The notes under the pieces: generated by a model
Told to the model about the DNA's origin: nothing
What the model saw: only the letters and a program-made list of their open reading frames with translations
The model's database searches: none
Shown: piece by piece, positions 26,791 through 38,589 of the stretch
Layout: every line of letters begins with the position of its first letter
How positions within the stretch are numbered: position 1 is the first letter of the stretch
DNA from: Ginglymostoma cirratum
Taxonomy: Eukaryota
Length of the DNA stretch: 64,000 nucleotides
NCBI GenBank assembly: GCA_024137785.1
Contig: JAHRHZ010000217.1
Coordinates: 4,235,349-4,299,348, forward strand
Reading direction: 5' to 3'
Program-made: the position numbers and the translations under genes

Positions 26791-29700
26791 GAAGATTGCC
26801 CTATAGTATTCCACTGGAATGTTGTGGCTTGTTGCAAAATGAGTACTGCTATTTTTCTTGCTGATGCAAAGAGTTCCTAAGCACACAACAATGTATAAGT
26901 AGCCATAGAATTGACAATGGTAGTTGTAACATTAATTTTTCAGTTTTACTGATGTGGACCTTTTTCTCCTGCATGATGTATGATCTAGGAATTACTGGCA
27001 ACATCAATATGTGAAAGTATTTGTTTGCAGTTTCTCGTAATAGTTCATAGATCTGTCAACCACATTGTAGATTATGTTGAATAATGTATATTTGGGAAAT
27101 GGTTACAATGCAGTCAACTAATTAAACAGCTCACATGAAGCTCAACCAGTCTAGAACCATTGCTTGAACCCTTCATTAGATTATTGCCTTGACATCACTC
27201 CACAATGTCATAAAATTTCATTTTGCTTAGTGGTTTTAATACAGTTTCAGTTCAAATTTCAGGCAGTTGCTATCAGTGCTGACAGCAATTTTATTCCTCT
27301 ATATTTTTGACACAGAATGGAGTTCTTGCTGGAGAATTGATGATTTTTGCATATTGATCATGAGGTGTATTTTAATTGATTGTGCATAAACTCAAAATTG
27401 TGTGTATTTCTATCATGTATTCATTTATCATTGGTTATTTATCCTTGATGGTTTGTAGTTGTGCCTGTTCTGTGGTTGTTTTAAATTTTATAAATCACAG
27501 GACCATTCACGTGGATAACAACATTTTCACAATTAAACTTATTTCCCCTCTTCATTGTGCTATTGTTTTCAAAGACATAGCTTTTTTTTGGTTTATTACC
27601 TATTCCTTTTATTCATTCACTGATGTATTTTTGTGTCTCCCAGGCCCTCTAAATCACAGCATGCTGATTGCTGCCTTCATTCCCTCCTTCTACCTGTCTT
27701 CTATTCACTCCCTCCCTTCAAACTGCTGTTATATCCTGCCCTTCTAAGTATTAAAATAAATCCTAACTAAAAGTAAGATTGATTCATTGCCAGACACCCG
27801 ACTGCATAAGCATTCCCCACACAACCCTTACAATCAGGACCCAAATATCTTATAGACTAAAGATCGACTGTGTTGTAGAATATCCTATATAAAACTACCT
27901 TTTTTTGTTTCCACAGCAGTCCTACTGTATTTTTGAATTTGAATTGCAATTTAACAATAAATCATGTCCTATGATCAAGTCTGTGCTATGGACTGATGTC
28001 CACTTAGAATTGGAAGCAAACTTGCTAACCTTTTAGTTCTTCCATTTGGGATTTGTAAATTTCAGAAACAAAGAGGGAGTGTGCATCTTATCCAACTGTA
28101 CTGAAATAGAGGCCAGTTCTCAAATGTCCAAAATAAATTTATATCTTCTTGATGGTAATACATTGTTTTTCAATTCCTTCACATTGCATTTCAAGAATTC
28201 CTGTTGATTTAAATGGAAAGAATACTAGAATTTATTCTAAGAGAAGCAAATTTACTTTTCCTCTAACAGATGATATTTGAACCATTAGTAGGGATTTGCA
28301 GTTTTGTTTTTGATATCATGATCCAAGAAAATTGTGCCACCTTGGCAATAGCACACTTTCTCACAAAAATCAACTACACTTCTACCTCCTACCTGATGCC
28401 AATCTGTGGGATGAGACTTTTTCTGCACGCTGTGAGCCAAAATTTGAGATTTGGCAATGAACTTGCAAGACTGGGAAATTCTGGCTGCAAGATACCACAG
28501 AATTTGTTCAAACGCACGCCCCTCCATTGACGGACTATGCATGAAATTAATACTACTGAGAACAGTTTACTTATCAGAACTAAAGGACCAATAATAATCC
28601 GCAATCGGCCCTCAATTCTGCTCAACTAACCAAGGGGAATCCTTAGAATTCTTGCCATAATGCTTTTGCAATGTTATAGTGGCAATGCCCACCACTACAC
28701 TTGCCAACCTCAGCTGGAAGATGCTGAAAAGAGACGTCTGAATATGAACACTGGTCTTGACAACACTCTTCCCCTTGTGCATTATTTTGATTCTGAACAC
28801 GCCAGTTGTAGAATGCAGCGAATGCACAAAGGAGGGAAGCTTCAAGCTTGGCACCACCAGGATCTGTAATCAGCAGCAAAATTTCTTCGATTCTAGTCAC
28901 AAAACGGAATCTGAATTGCGAAACGTCAGCGCGAGCATGAAGTTTTGGACAGTGTATTGTATGAATGCTCGCTATTTAAATCATCATGAAAAGTCAATCT
29001 AATTTATGCGCGGATACATCTGTGCGTCTTTCCACTGTCCCGCAGTTCACACATCTACACACACACACAAAAGTACGTGCTATTACTGAACTGGCAGATA
29101 GGAGGCATGAATACGCAGCAGATCGCGCCACAGTCAGAGACTTCACCGTGTGTCTGTCTCTGCCCCAGTGAGGACATGCTGATTCCAGCACTATCGTCTC
29201 CAATGAACGATTTCAACTAATTCTATAAAAGACAGTTGACAAGAACTCATTATGGGAGGGGTTTTGATATAGTCGGAGAATAAAGGTCAATTAGTAAATA
29301 TTCATTCAAAAAGAATGTCAGCTAAAGAGCCGTTGTAGGTACCTTTATGTACATACCCAGACGCAAAAAAGGAAGATTAATTCTCTGATCAAGATATTCA
29401 GACTCTATTTCCGACTGCGCCTATAAAAGGAACCACGAGGCACGTATCGATTAGGCGGGTACATTAATATCCTGATAGACCATAATCTACTTTTTATTGA
29501 TTAAACCATTCTTTTATAAACTGTCCGAGCTCTTTGCATCTCATATGGGAGACTGAAATAAAATGAGGTTTTCTGCGTCCACGTAGCCCTCATCTCTTTC
29601 CCCTCACTACATTAACACCCCCCCCCAAAAAAAGTCCCCACCTTCCCAAACTGTTACTGGACGCCGGATCAAATACGCACAAAAATCCGTCTCTATCCGC

Positions 29701-30949
29701 AGCAGAAATAACGCAAATGGCCATGTCACGAAGAGAGAAATCAGTGCACATCACATAGAAAGCTTCATTATTTGATTTTATTTATGAATTTTCATTTATC
29801 ATGTGAATCGTGGCGTGCAAAAACGCTACCCGGGCGCTCTCTCAGTAAGCAGCGGCTGTGATCCAATAGACCCTTAAAGCAAGGGTCTCCTCTGCTGTCG
29901 CCCGGTGGGCTTAGAGCATTTTACACTGCAACCCCAGCGCCCGGCTCAATTCTGGGTGCTCTGCCTCTGCAGTTGACGGTAGAACTGTTTTAGCGAGATT
30001 TGTTACAAAGCAAACAGAAACAGTCAGACATTCTCCCGGAGCGCAATTCTGGTGTCAAGTGGAGAGCCGACTGCTTTCGGAATATTCTACCTTCGGACTC
30101 TCTCGGAGCAGGATATTTCATTGCGGGGAATGTCGATGTCAACATTAAACCCTCTGCTCCCTCAATCATAACATTCCAGCCCATTAAACAGTCGACGCGC
30201 CGCACAAAACTGTGAAGATGAATGTCACCCACCACCTCCATCACAGTCACAATGACAAAAATCTTACAACTGTAAGCAGCACTCAGAGATTTACCAGTGC
30301 TCGTGTCCGCTGTTAACACCGACCGAAGCCCCCTTTAAAAAAGCTGCATACCTCGTTCATTGGTAGTACGTGTCGCTCGGCCGGAGAACCCCCCCCCCCC
30401 CGATTAAGTCAGAGGTACTCCGCAAAATTTCAGTCGGGGTGCATCGGAGCAATGAAAGGGGGAAAAAATCCCTAGGATGTGTTTGGATAAATGTCTGGTG
30501 TTACGCAAAAAAACGTTGCAATTAAAGTGATGGAGCGCTTTCAGACTGTGCACGGCGATATTTTGACACCGTGTGCGTGTTAAATCGCGATCTGGGGAGG
30601 GATTCTTCATGAGATATGTGTCACACATGCAAACGAAAATCCCGGCGCCACATCCCCAGTAACAAGTGTGGAACGCGCGACTGTTAACAATTTGCTTCGA
30701 TCGTGTATTGATTAGTCCTGTGCTCTTGCAGGATTTTGAGTGAACCGCACAGTAAGAGCTGCAGAAATATCGCCCACCTCCCTCTCATGATCAGTGCAGG
30801 AAGAAGCGCAGTTAGCGCAGAGAGGCAGAGGTTAGAATCGGAGCAGCAATCACTATCCCTGCGCTGGGACATGATCTGACTGACATGGGCACCTGTATGA
30901 GCGCAGCCCACTGCAACTCTGGGCAAACCGACAGTCTGGCACCTCATTT

Positions 30950-31250
30950 ACCCGGCGATGGTTGTTGGTCGGGGAGCGGGGGGGAGACGGAGGCGGAGGA
31001 GGGCATGGGGTGACCCCGCCCACTCCACCATCCATTGGGCGGCAGGCACCTGACGCACCGCCCGTCCCCAGCCAATCGTAGCCAGTGTCTGAGCGTCTCG
31101 GGCTGCCATTGGCTGGTGCCCAGAGGGCGCTATGCAAAAGCAGAGAGCGCTGAGGCCGGAGAGCTGCAATCTGTCAGGAGAGAGAGAGAGGGAGAGCGGG
31201 AATTGAACTACTGCAACCCGGGGCCGGGGGGGGTGGGGTGGACACGGAGG
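30950..31250 (+). promoter_or_regulatory. GC/CpG-rich proximal promoter of PCDH10 (TATA-less; CCAAT boxes, CRE half-site, GC boxes)
   Basis: GC-rich block 500-800 bp upstream of the ATG with ATTGG (~31034, ~31108), CCAAT (~31072), TGACG (31051), GGCGG/CCGCC boxes and GA-rich tracts. The TSS cannot be determined from sequence. Confidence 0.7.
31114..31132 (+). promoter_or_regulatory. Candidate CTCF site in PCDH10 promoter
   Basis: TGGTGCCCAGAGGGCGCTA compared with the CTCF core consensus TGGCCACCAGGGGGCGCTA; the 3' 13 nt match with R at the variable position. Confidence 0.5.
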
Positions 31251-31733
31251 TAGCCACAGAACAGAAACAGGGCTGAGGGAGAGGGAGAGAAACAGGGCAG
31301 AAAGGTTAACAGACAGAAAAAAAAGCTCAGTAAGATCCAGATTAGCGAGGCGAACTCCACTAAGTGTTTGATGAGAAACTCTGGACTCGATCGCCGTGTT
31401 TACGCCGAAGAGATGACTGGCCGCTATGTCAGAGGATTTGATGAGAAGCCAAACCCCCCGCGGGAATCTCTTCATCCAGGCCACTGCTGAATAGAGTGAG
31501 ATCCAGAGGAGCAGCTCAGTCACTAAAGGGAAGAGAAGGCAGAAGTTTGGCTCTCCCGGTGCGATGTGGCAGCTTGGCTTTTTGCGGACGGCGAGAAGAA
31601 AATGAGGGAGAAAAGTCAAAGCTGGACAGCGCGCTAGGTCAATCATTAAGAGGGTTTTTATATTCTCATTGAATCGCTGAGAGAAGAACCAAGAATTCAA
31701 GAAGTTGAAGAAGCGGCGGGACGGGCTGTGGAA

Positions 31734-34205
31734 ATGTTAGTGTGGTGTCTCCTGGTTTGTATCTGGTGGGACTCAGCCGTCTCTCAGATCCGCTACTCGG
31801 TGCCCGAGGAGCAGGAGCATGGCACCTTCGTGGGCAACATCGCCGAGGACTTGGGGCTGGACGTGACCAAGCTGGCGGCGCGCCGTTTCCAGACTGTAGC
31901 CAGCTCTCGGTCCCCTCACCTGGAGGTGAACCTGGAGAACGGGGTCCTGTTCGTTAACGAAAAGATCGACCGGGAGGAACTGTGCAAGCAGAGCCCGAGC
32001 TGCCTGCTACACCTCGAGGTCTTCCTGGAGAACCCGCTGGAGCTCTTCCGAGTCGAGATCGAGATCGTGGACATTAACGACAACCCCCCTGCCTTCCCGG
32101 AGGCCGACCTGACGGTGGAAATCTCCGAGAGCGCGTCGGCCGGTACCCGCTTACCGCTGGAGAGCGCTTTCGACCCGGACGTGGGCAGCAACTCGCTGCG
32201 GACCTACCAAATCACTCCGAACGGCTACTTCGACCTGGATGTGCAGACCCAAGGGGACGGTAACAAGTTCGCCGAGCTGGTGTTGGAGAAGCCGCTGGAC
32301 CGAGAGCAGCAGGCGCTGCACCGGTACGTGCTGACCGCAGTAGACGGCGGCTTGCCCCAGCGTACCGGCACCGCCCTGCTCACCGTCAGGGTGCTCGACT
32401 CCAATGATAACGTGCCGGTGTTTGGCCAGCCGGTGTACACCGTCACCCTGGAGGAGAACTCACCTCCCGGTACCCTGCTGCTGCAACTCAACGCCACCGA
32501 CCGGGACGAGGGTAAGAACGGAGAGGTGGTCTACTCGTTCAGCAGCCACGTCTCGGCCCGGGTCAAGGAGCTATTCAGCTTGGAGCCCCGTACCGGTTGG
32601 CTGGAGGTGAAGGGAGATGTAGATTACGAGGAGAGCAGTTTGCACCAGCTCTACGTGCAGGCCAAAGACCTGGGCCCGAACGCGGTACCGGCTCACTGCA
32701 AGGTGCTGGTGCGGGTCACCGACGTGAACGACAACGCTCCGGAGATCAGCTTCAGCACCGTGTCCGAGGCGGTGAGCGAAGCGGCGGCACCGGGTACCGT
32801 GGTGGCTCTGCTGAGCGTCACCGATCGAGACTCGGGAGACAACGGGCAGCTGCACTGTGAGATCCTGGGCCAGGTCCCCTTCCAGCTCAAGTCCTCCTTC
32901 AAGAACTACTACACAGTGGTGACGGACGGGCCGCTGGACCGGGAACAAGGAGACTCGTACACCATCACGGTGCTGGCCAGGGACCACGGCTCGCCTCCGC
33001 TGGCCTCCAGCAAGTCCATCAGGGTACAAGTAGGGGATGAGAACGACAATGCGCCGCGGTTCTCCGAGGCTTCCTACGACGTGTATGTGAGTGAGAATAA
33101 CGTGCCCGGGGCGTACATCTACGCGGTGACCGCCACCGACCCGGACCTGGGCCAGAACGCCTACATCTCCTACTCCATATTGGAGTGTGACATCCAGGGC
33201 ATGTCGATCTTCACCTACGTCTCCATCAACTCGGAGAACGGCTACCTCTACGCGCTACGCTCCTTTGACTACGAGCAGCTGAAGGAGTTCCGCTTCACCG
33301 TGCAAGCCCAGGACTCGGGAAGCCCAGCCCTGGGCTCTAACGCCACCGTTAACATCCTCATCGTCGACCAGAACGACAACGCGCCTTCTATCGTCTCTCC
33401 GGTAGCCCGGAACGGTACCTCCCGGGAGCTGGTGCCCCGCTCGGCCGAGCCCGGTTACCTGGTGGTCCGCCTGGTGGCCGTAGACGCGGACGACGGCGAG
33501 AACGCCCGCCTCACTTTCTACATCGCCCACGGGAACGAGCTGGGCCTCTTTCGGATGGACTGGAGGAGCGGCGAGCTGAAGACCGCCAGGCCCTTCCCCG
33601 CCGGTAACACCGCCCCTTACGAGCTCCTGATCGAGGTGAGAGACCACGGGCAGCCGCCACTCTCCGCCACCGCCACCGTCTTGGTGCTGGCGGTCGACAG
33701 CGCGGTGGAGCGGCCCGGGGAGAGGGGTAACCGAGCTGGGAGTCCCAAGGAGAACGCGCTGGACCTGACCCTCATTCTGATCATCGCCTTGGGCTCGGTC
33801 TCCTTCGTCTTCCTCCTGGCCATGATCATGTTGGCAGTCCGCTGCCAGAAGGAGAAAAAGCTGAGCCTGTTCAGTTGTTTGGCAGGGGAGGGTTGTGCTT
33901 GCTGCCGACAGGCCAGGAACCGTAAGAAGAAGCTCAGCAAGTCAGACATCATGCTGGTGCAGACCAGCAACGCCAACGCCGCGCAGGTCTCGGTGGAGGA
34001 AGGTGGCTTCGGACACCACAGCCAGAACTACTGCTACCAGGTCTGCCTGACCCCAGAGTCGGCCAAGACCGACCTCATGTTCCTGAAGCCCTGCAGCCCG
34101 TCCAGGAGCACGGACGCTGAGCACAACCCCTGTGGTGCCATCATCACTGGTTACACGGACCAACAGCCCGACATCATTTCCAATGGGAGCATATTATCCA
34201 ACGAG
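31734..34205 (+). CDS. PCDH10: Protocadherin-10, coding exon 1 (824 codons): signal peptide, EC1-EC6, transmembrane helix, proximal cytoplasmic tail
   Basis: The ORF track starts at GTG 31728; the first ATG is at 31734 (MLVWCLLVCIWWDSAVSQIRYSVPEEQEHGTFVGNIAEDLGL). Cadherin Ca-binding motifs DRE, DINDNPP, DSNDNVP, DVNDNAP, DENDNAP, DQNDNAP; EC1 C-X5-C; TM LTLILIIALGSVSFVFLLAMIMLAV. The tail QNYCYQVCLTPESAKTDLMFLKPCSPSRSTD...DQQPDIISNGSILSNE matches PCDH10. Donor GAG|GTAAGT at 34205/34206, phase 0. Confidence 0.97.
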
Positions 34206-34452
34206 GTAAGTGGTTACAACCTGACTCATATCTCCAACTTTCTCCAACTGCGCACCTTTATTTAGATTCCAAACATAACCCCCCCCCCACCTTTTGCTTC
34301 CTCTACTTTACAAGTTCATCTCTGATAAACTCACTATCTTCCCGTTGAAAATCCTCCGTTTGCCCCTCCTCGTAGAGCTGTCTTCACCTGAAGTGCGGTC
34401 AAACCACACCAGTTGATTCCTGTGGTTTGGATCCAACATTCTGCGACTTGTA

Positions 34453-34646
34453 TCAGAGATAGCAGGAACTGCAGATGCTGAAGAATGTGAGATGACAAGG
34501 TGTAGAGCTGGATGAACACAGCAGGCCAAGCAGCATCAGAGGAGCAGGAAGACTGACCTAGGCCGGAAACGTCAGCCTTCCTGCTCCTCTGATGCTGCTT
34601 GGCCTGCTGTGTTCATCCAGCTCTACAACTTGTCATCTCACATTCT
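34453..34646. mobile_element. Fold-back PLE-derived element in PCDH10 intron 1 (76-bp arms, 13-nt loop)
   Basis: 34482-34557 and 34571-34646 are inverted repeats (74/76 complementary). The direct repeat ACATTCTGCGACTTGTA lies at 34436-34452 and 34640-34656. Confidence 0.9.
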
Positions 34647-35222
34647 GCGACTTGTAGCCCTGTTTGAAGAGGGTAAAGAAAGTCCTCGGGTCTCCTGGCA
34701 TGAAGGGAAAGCGGTCAGACACTTCGTCCTGTGACCAGAAGGGGTTTGACAGGCACGGACTCCCGTAGTTATTCTTCATTTGGCCGCTTCAGGCCTGACA
34801 GTAGCTCACACACCCTGCGCCAAGGTCACATTGTTCAGACTTGCAGCGACGGTTGGAGTTTGTGAGACTTCTGCATCACACTGTGTCAACCGAAGAGGGT
34901 AATTCTCAGAACCAGGACATCCACTATCAACATTCCCCGCTAAAACCAGTCGTAAAGAGTGTCCCAACATGTGCCCTCCAATTAAAATCCTACCTTGTAC
35001 GTTTTAAAATGTCGTCCAGCCTTGAGCCCATACCAGATGCAACTCCGAAGTATTCTGTAATTGTACAGTCATTAAGAGGTCCGGGTGTCATATTAGTAAC
35101 AGTAATTAAATTTCCTCATCACGATGATAGCTTCGACTGAAACTACATGCGTCGGCCGGATTCTTGTGTTAATGCCTGCTTAATAAGTAACGATTATTGA
35201 CTTAGTGGTTCCTGCTTTACAG

Positions 35223-35281
35223 ACAAAACATCAGCGGACCGAACTCAGCTTTCTAGTGGACAGACCCCGTCGAGTTAACAG
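35223..35281 (+). CDS. PCDH10: PCDH10 coding exon 2 (59 bp)
   Basis: Acceptor ctttacAG| followed by ACA AAA CAT CAG..., translating TKHQRTELSFLVDRPRRVN(S), close to human TKHQRAELSYLVDRPRRVNS. Donor AG|GTGGGT. Confidence 0.95.
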
Positions 35282-35376
35282 GTGGGTAGCTACTTGATCA
35301 GGATCATCATGCAGTTTTCACGGTTGCTCCGTTTTGCATTCTGGCGCTAACACCAGCGCTTCTGTTCACCTTCCAG

Positions 35377-35483
35377 TTCGGCTTTCCAGGAGGCGGATAT
35401 AGTGAGTTCGAAGGATAGTGGCCACGGGGACAGCGAACAGGGGGACAGTGATCACGATGCCACGAACCGAGCTCAGAACTCTG
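35377..35483 (+). CDS. PCDH10: PCDH10 coding exon 3 (107 bp), CM1 motif
   Basis: Acceptor ccttccAG|; translates (S)SAFQEADIVSSKDSGHGDSEQGDSDHDATNRAQNS(G); donor G|GTGAGT. Phases (2 in, 1 out) fit exons 2 and 4. Confidence 0.95.
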
Positions 35484-37654
35484 GTGAGTGTGCTTAGGGG
35501 CGTCTCGAAAGTGTTCCCCGGTCTCTGCAGTGGGGTTGATGGGGGAAGAGACACATATATTTTGCGCAGTGTAACAGAGAAGAGAACAAGCATCCCCTTC
35601 CCCCCTCCAGGCTCGGAGTAGGGGGCTGCATTATTGAATTCGCTCTTCCTTGACTGTGTTGGCGTTCGCAGTAAACCACCCAACTGCTCGTATGTATGAA
35701 TGAATGGACATGTCAGCACAGCATGCTGATGTGTGAATATTGAATTAAGAATAACGTGTAGTTAACTCAGCAGCTCAAATTTCACCCCTGGTGTGTACTT
35801 CATGCGTATTACGGTTGAGTCACGGACTTTGAAAGAATTGTGTGATGTTCTGTTGAGCGAAATGGAGGAAGTGTGTTATTTACTGCTCATCACTTTGCGC
35901 CGAATCCTGTTCCTTTGTAATATACATGTACTGAGTACAAGCTGTCCTTGAAGAAACTATTCTCAGACTAATTACCCCTTTCCCTTTTGGTTTCCTGGGG
36001 TTGCTTTTATCAAACCCGACTACTACTGCTCATTATGGAAAACACGTTTGGTGCTAACGGCTCAATGGCCTCTTTATTTTTTTCTGCCTTTAATGAATGT
36101 GCAATCTGAAACGAGTCCTCCAAGACTGGCATTCGTCTCCATCATTCCTGGTTTGTTGGTGAACGTGATGGAATTTGGAAAGAAGCGATAGTGGCAGGGT
36201 CAGGGAGTTGAGAAGGACACAAAGCAGTGAGTGGGCTTTTGCCAGATGTCCCCAGTCAGCTCTCACAGGGGGAGGAGATGGCGGGGAGGATTAACTAATT
36301 CGCTGGAGCTTCATAAAATTCTCAAACCCCTGATTTGCACATTGCCCAAACCCGGCGACTGAATCTGAAAGGGTCGTTTTATTCGTGGTTAGCATGAATG
36401 ATCCTTGCCGCTCTCTTTCAAAATGTCGGGTTATTAAATTCACCCATAACACAGAAGATGGCAGTAATGCAAAACTTATCAAGCTCCGCAGAGCCTTTTT
36501 ACATTACATTTCCGAAACGGAAAATTATTGGTCCGGATAACAAAAACTCCCAAATACACAGAATGACTTTTTTTGAGCCTGTCTGAAATAGCGGCCAAAC
36601 CAATAACGGATAAGGAAAAGTACAAAACCGGTTCACTTGTACAGTGAACCACAAGTCTGTGTTTACCATTGACTGAGCAATCTTGAAACATTGCCAGTGA
36701 AACCGTTGAATATCAAATAATTCTGGAAATCAGATCAACATTGGTTTTAACCGGATTAAGGGACTAGAGCACTGTTTTATCTTAGCGTGAGCAGTTTAGG
36801 ATCGTGCATATAAAGCTGATAATTGTTCTAATTCTGCTTTTTGAAATGGTTTATCTGTGTGAATGTATGAACACGTTATATGCTGTGCAATGTTAAACAA
36901 GTTGAGCAGATTTACAACATTAGGCAGGCAACCAGTATAAATGGCTCTGGAAATTTTATTGTACCAGTGTAAGCGGTACTAGATAGCTAGTTTGACTGCA
37001 ACAGCTTGGTATCCTTTTTTTCTGCCAGCCATTGCCCACTGTGTTTTCCTGAACATTATGATAATCTGTTACTTTGGCACAAAAGCTCCACCTAATTTAA
37101 CGCAATGTGTGCAAAATAATGCAATCCCTCCTGTTGGTGCTAGTGTGTTTGTCTGGATTAAAATAAATACTTCAACAAAGATCTCTAACAACCCATATCC
37201 CTTAATTACGCTAATTCCTAGTATTGTAATCTGAGATCACCTCACAGAAACACAGAAGATGACAACAGCTACCTAAGTCACTTAGGTGTGTTTGTTTCTG
37301 TTGGAGTTGGTGCCAGCCCTTAACTGAAGGACAACAGCTGTTAGAATTTGAATTATGGTGTGGAAAATGCCTAACAGAAGGAATGCCTAAACAAAGATGC
37401 TGGATTTAGGATGGATTAGAATTATACCAAAGCTTTAAGATGAAAGATGCAATAGAGGAGAATGGTGATGTGGCTTGTGTCCTTATGGAAGCATATGGGG
37501 TAAAGAGGTGAGAATGGTTTAAAGAGAGAATTAAAGGGAATTGGGACCTTCCTAGCTGAAGGCTCTGGCACCAATGCTGGACAGAGGAAGGGGTGGAAGG
37601 GGCAGATTAATGAAAAAAAGGTGCCATATAGGTCCTGGTTGCATATAGGCAAAG

Positions 37655-37860
37655 ACATCATTGTCTTAGCAGACCATAGAGTTGCTTGCTCATTAGAGAG
37701 AGATAACAGGTGGTAGTTTAACCTGAGGGTCACCATGCCTCAGGCAAGGGGAGGGAGTGGGAAGGAGAGACCTTCATTGTAATCTCAGCCAGTGTGGGAA
37801 TTGAACCCACATTGTTTGCATTACAGCACATTGCAAACCAGTATCAAGCCAACTGACTAT
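37655..37860 (-). mobile_element. tRNA-derived SINE (family A)
   Basis: TTTAACCTGAGGGTCACCATGCCTCAGGC...GGGAATTGAACCCAC is antisense to 5751-5965. Confidence 0.7.
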
Positions 37861-38589
37861 TGCAAGTCTATCTTCACAAAGCAGGGATAAATACCAAACC
37901 AGAAAATAGTTTGGGGGAATATTGGAAACCAATCAAGTCTGCTTAGTAAAATATAATGGGAGAGTAAGTCAAATGAATTTGGATGTTCTTCCCTTAGCTC
38001 TCAATAAATATGGATCTCCATTTAAATCTGCACTACTTAGATGCCCTACAATAAAACATCATGAATAGCTCATGTAAGAAAGAAACATGCACAAAGTTGT
38101 ATCCTCTGGTGCTGGGCTGTCTTATATTGCATGGAACAATTGCCATATAAGGAAACAGTACTAATAACATGTGACAAAATGGAAAATCCCGAACATCTAA
38201 AATATTAACCTGCTCTTTATGGAAAGAAAGAGCACCTAGATGATCTAAAGCAAGCCCGTGACCAGTCAATTGTCTAATGTGTCTTCACATCTTTGGGTTG
38301 ATAGACTATATCCTTGTTAAGAAAGAAGGTACTTGAATTACTCAAGCTGCTCAGTTTCAAGAATTCAGGAAATTCACACTTGGTTCTCTTACACTGTTGA
38401 TCCATAGACTTCAACAATATTGGTGGGGAGAGTGGTAAAATATTGGAGAAAGCGCCTACCTCTTTTGTATGAATGGAAAGTTACATTTTGGAAATCCTGA
38501 ATGCATATCTTCTACCAACCCAAGAGCTCAGATTGTGCTTGATCTTATAGGAAAATTAGCATCAAAGTTCAATGGCTATTGGGGAAGGC

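Noticed and set aside
30948-31700. 250-aa minus-strand ORF over the PCDH10 leader and promoter
   Set aside because: TTG start, low-complexity L/S/P content from GA- and G-rich tracts, no recognisable domain.
32751-32768. REST/RE1 site (TTCAGCACC); also half sites at ~31624, ~52478 and ~63239
   Set aside because: Only half sites, without the correctly spaced partner half.
31742-34163. Many overlapping and antisense ORFs within exon 1
   Set aside because: Shadow frames of a high-GC3 coding exon.
34453-34646. DNA-transposon MITE interpretation of the palindromes
   Set aside because: The arms are the 3' end of a GIY-YIG retroelement, are unequal in length, and TSD lengths vary (12-17 bp), unlike fixed-TSD cut-and-paste elements.
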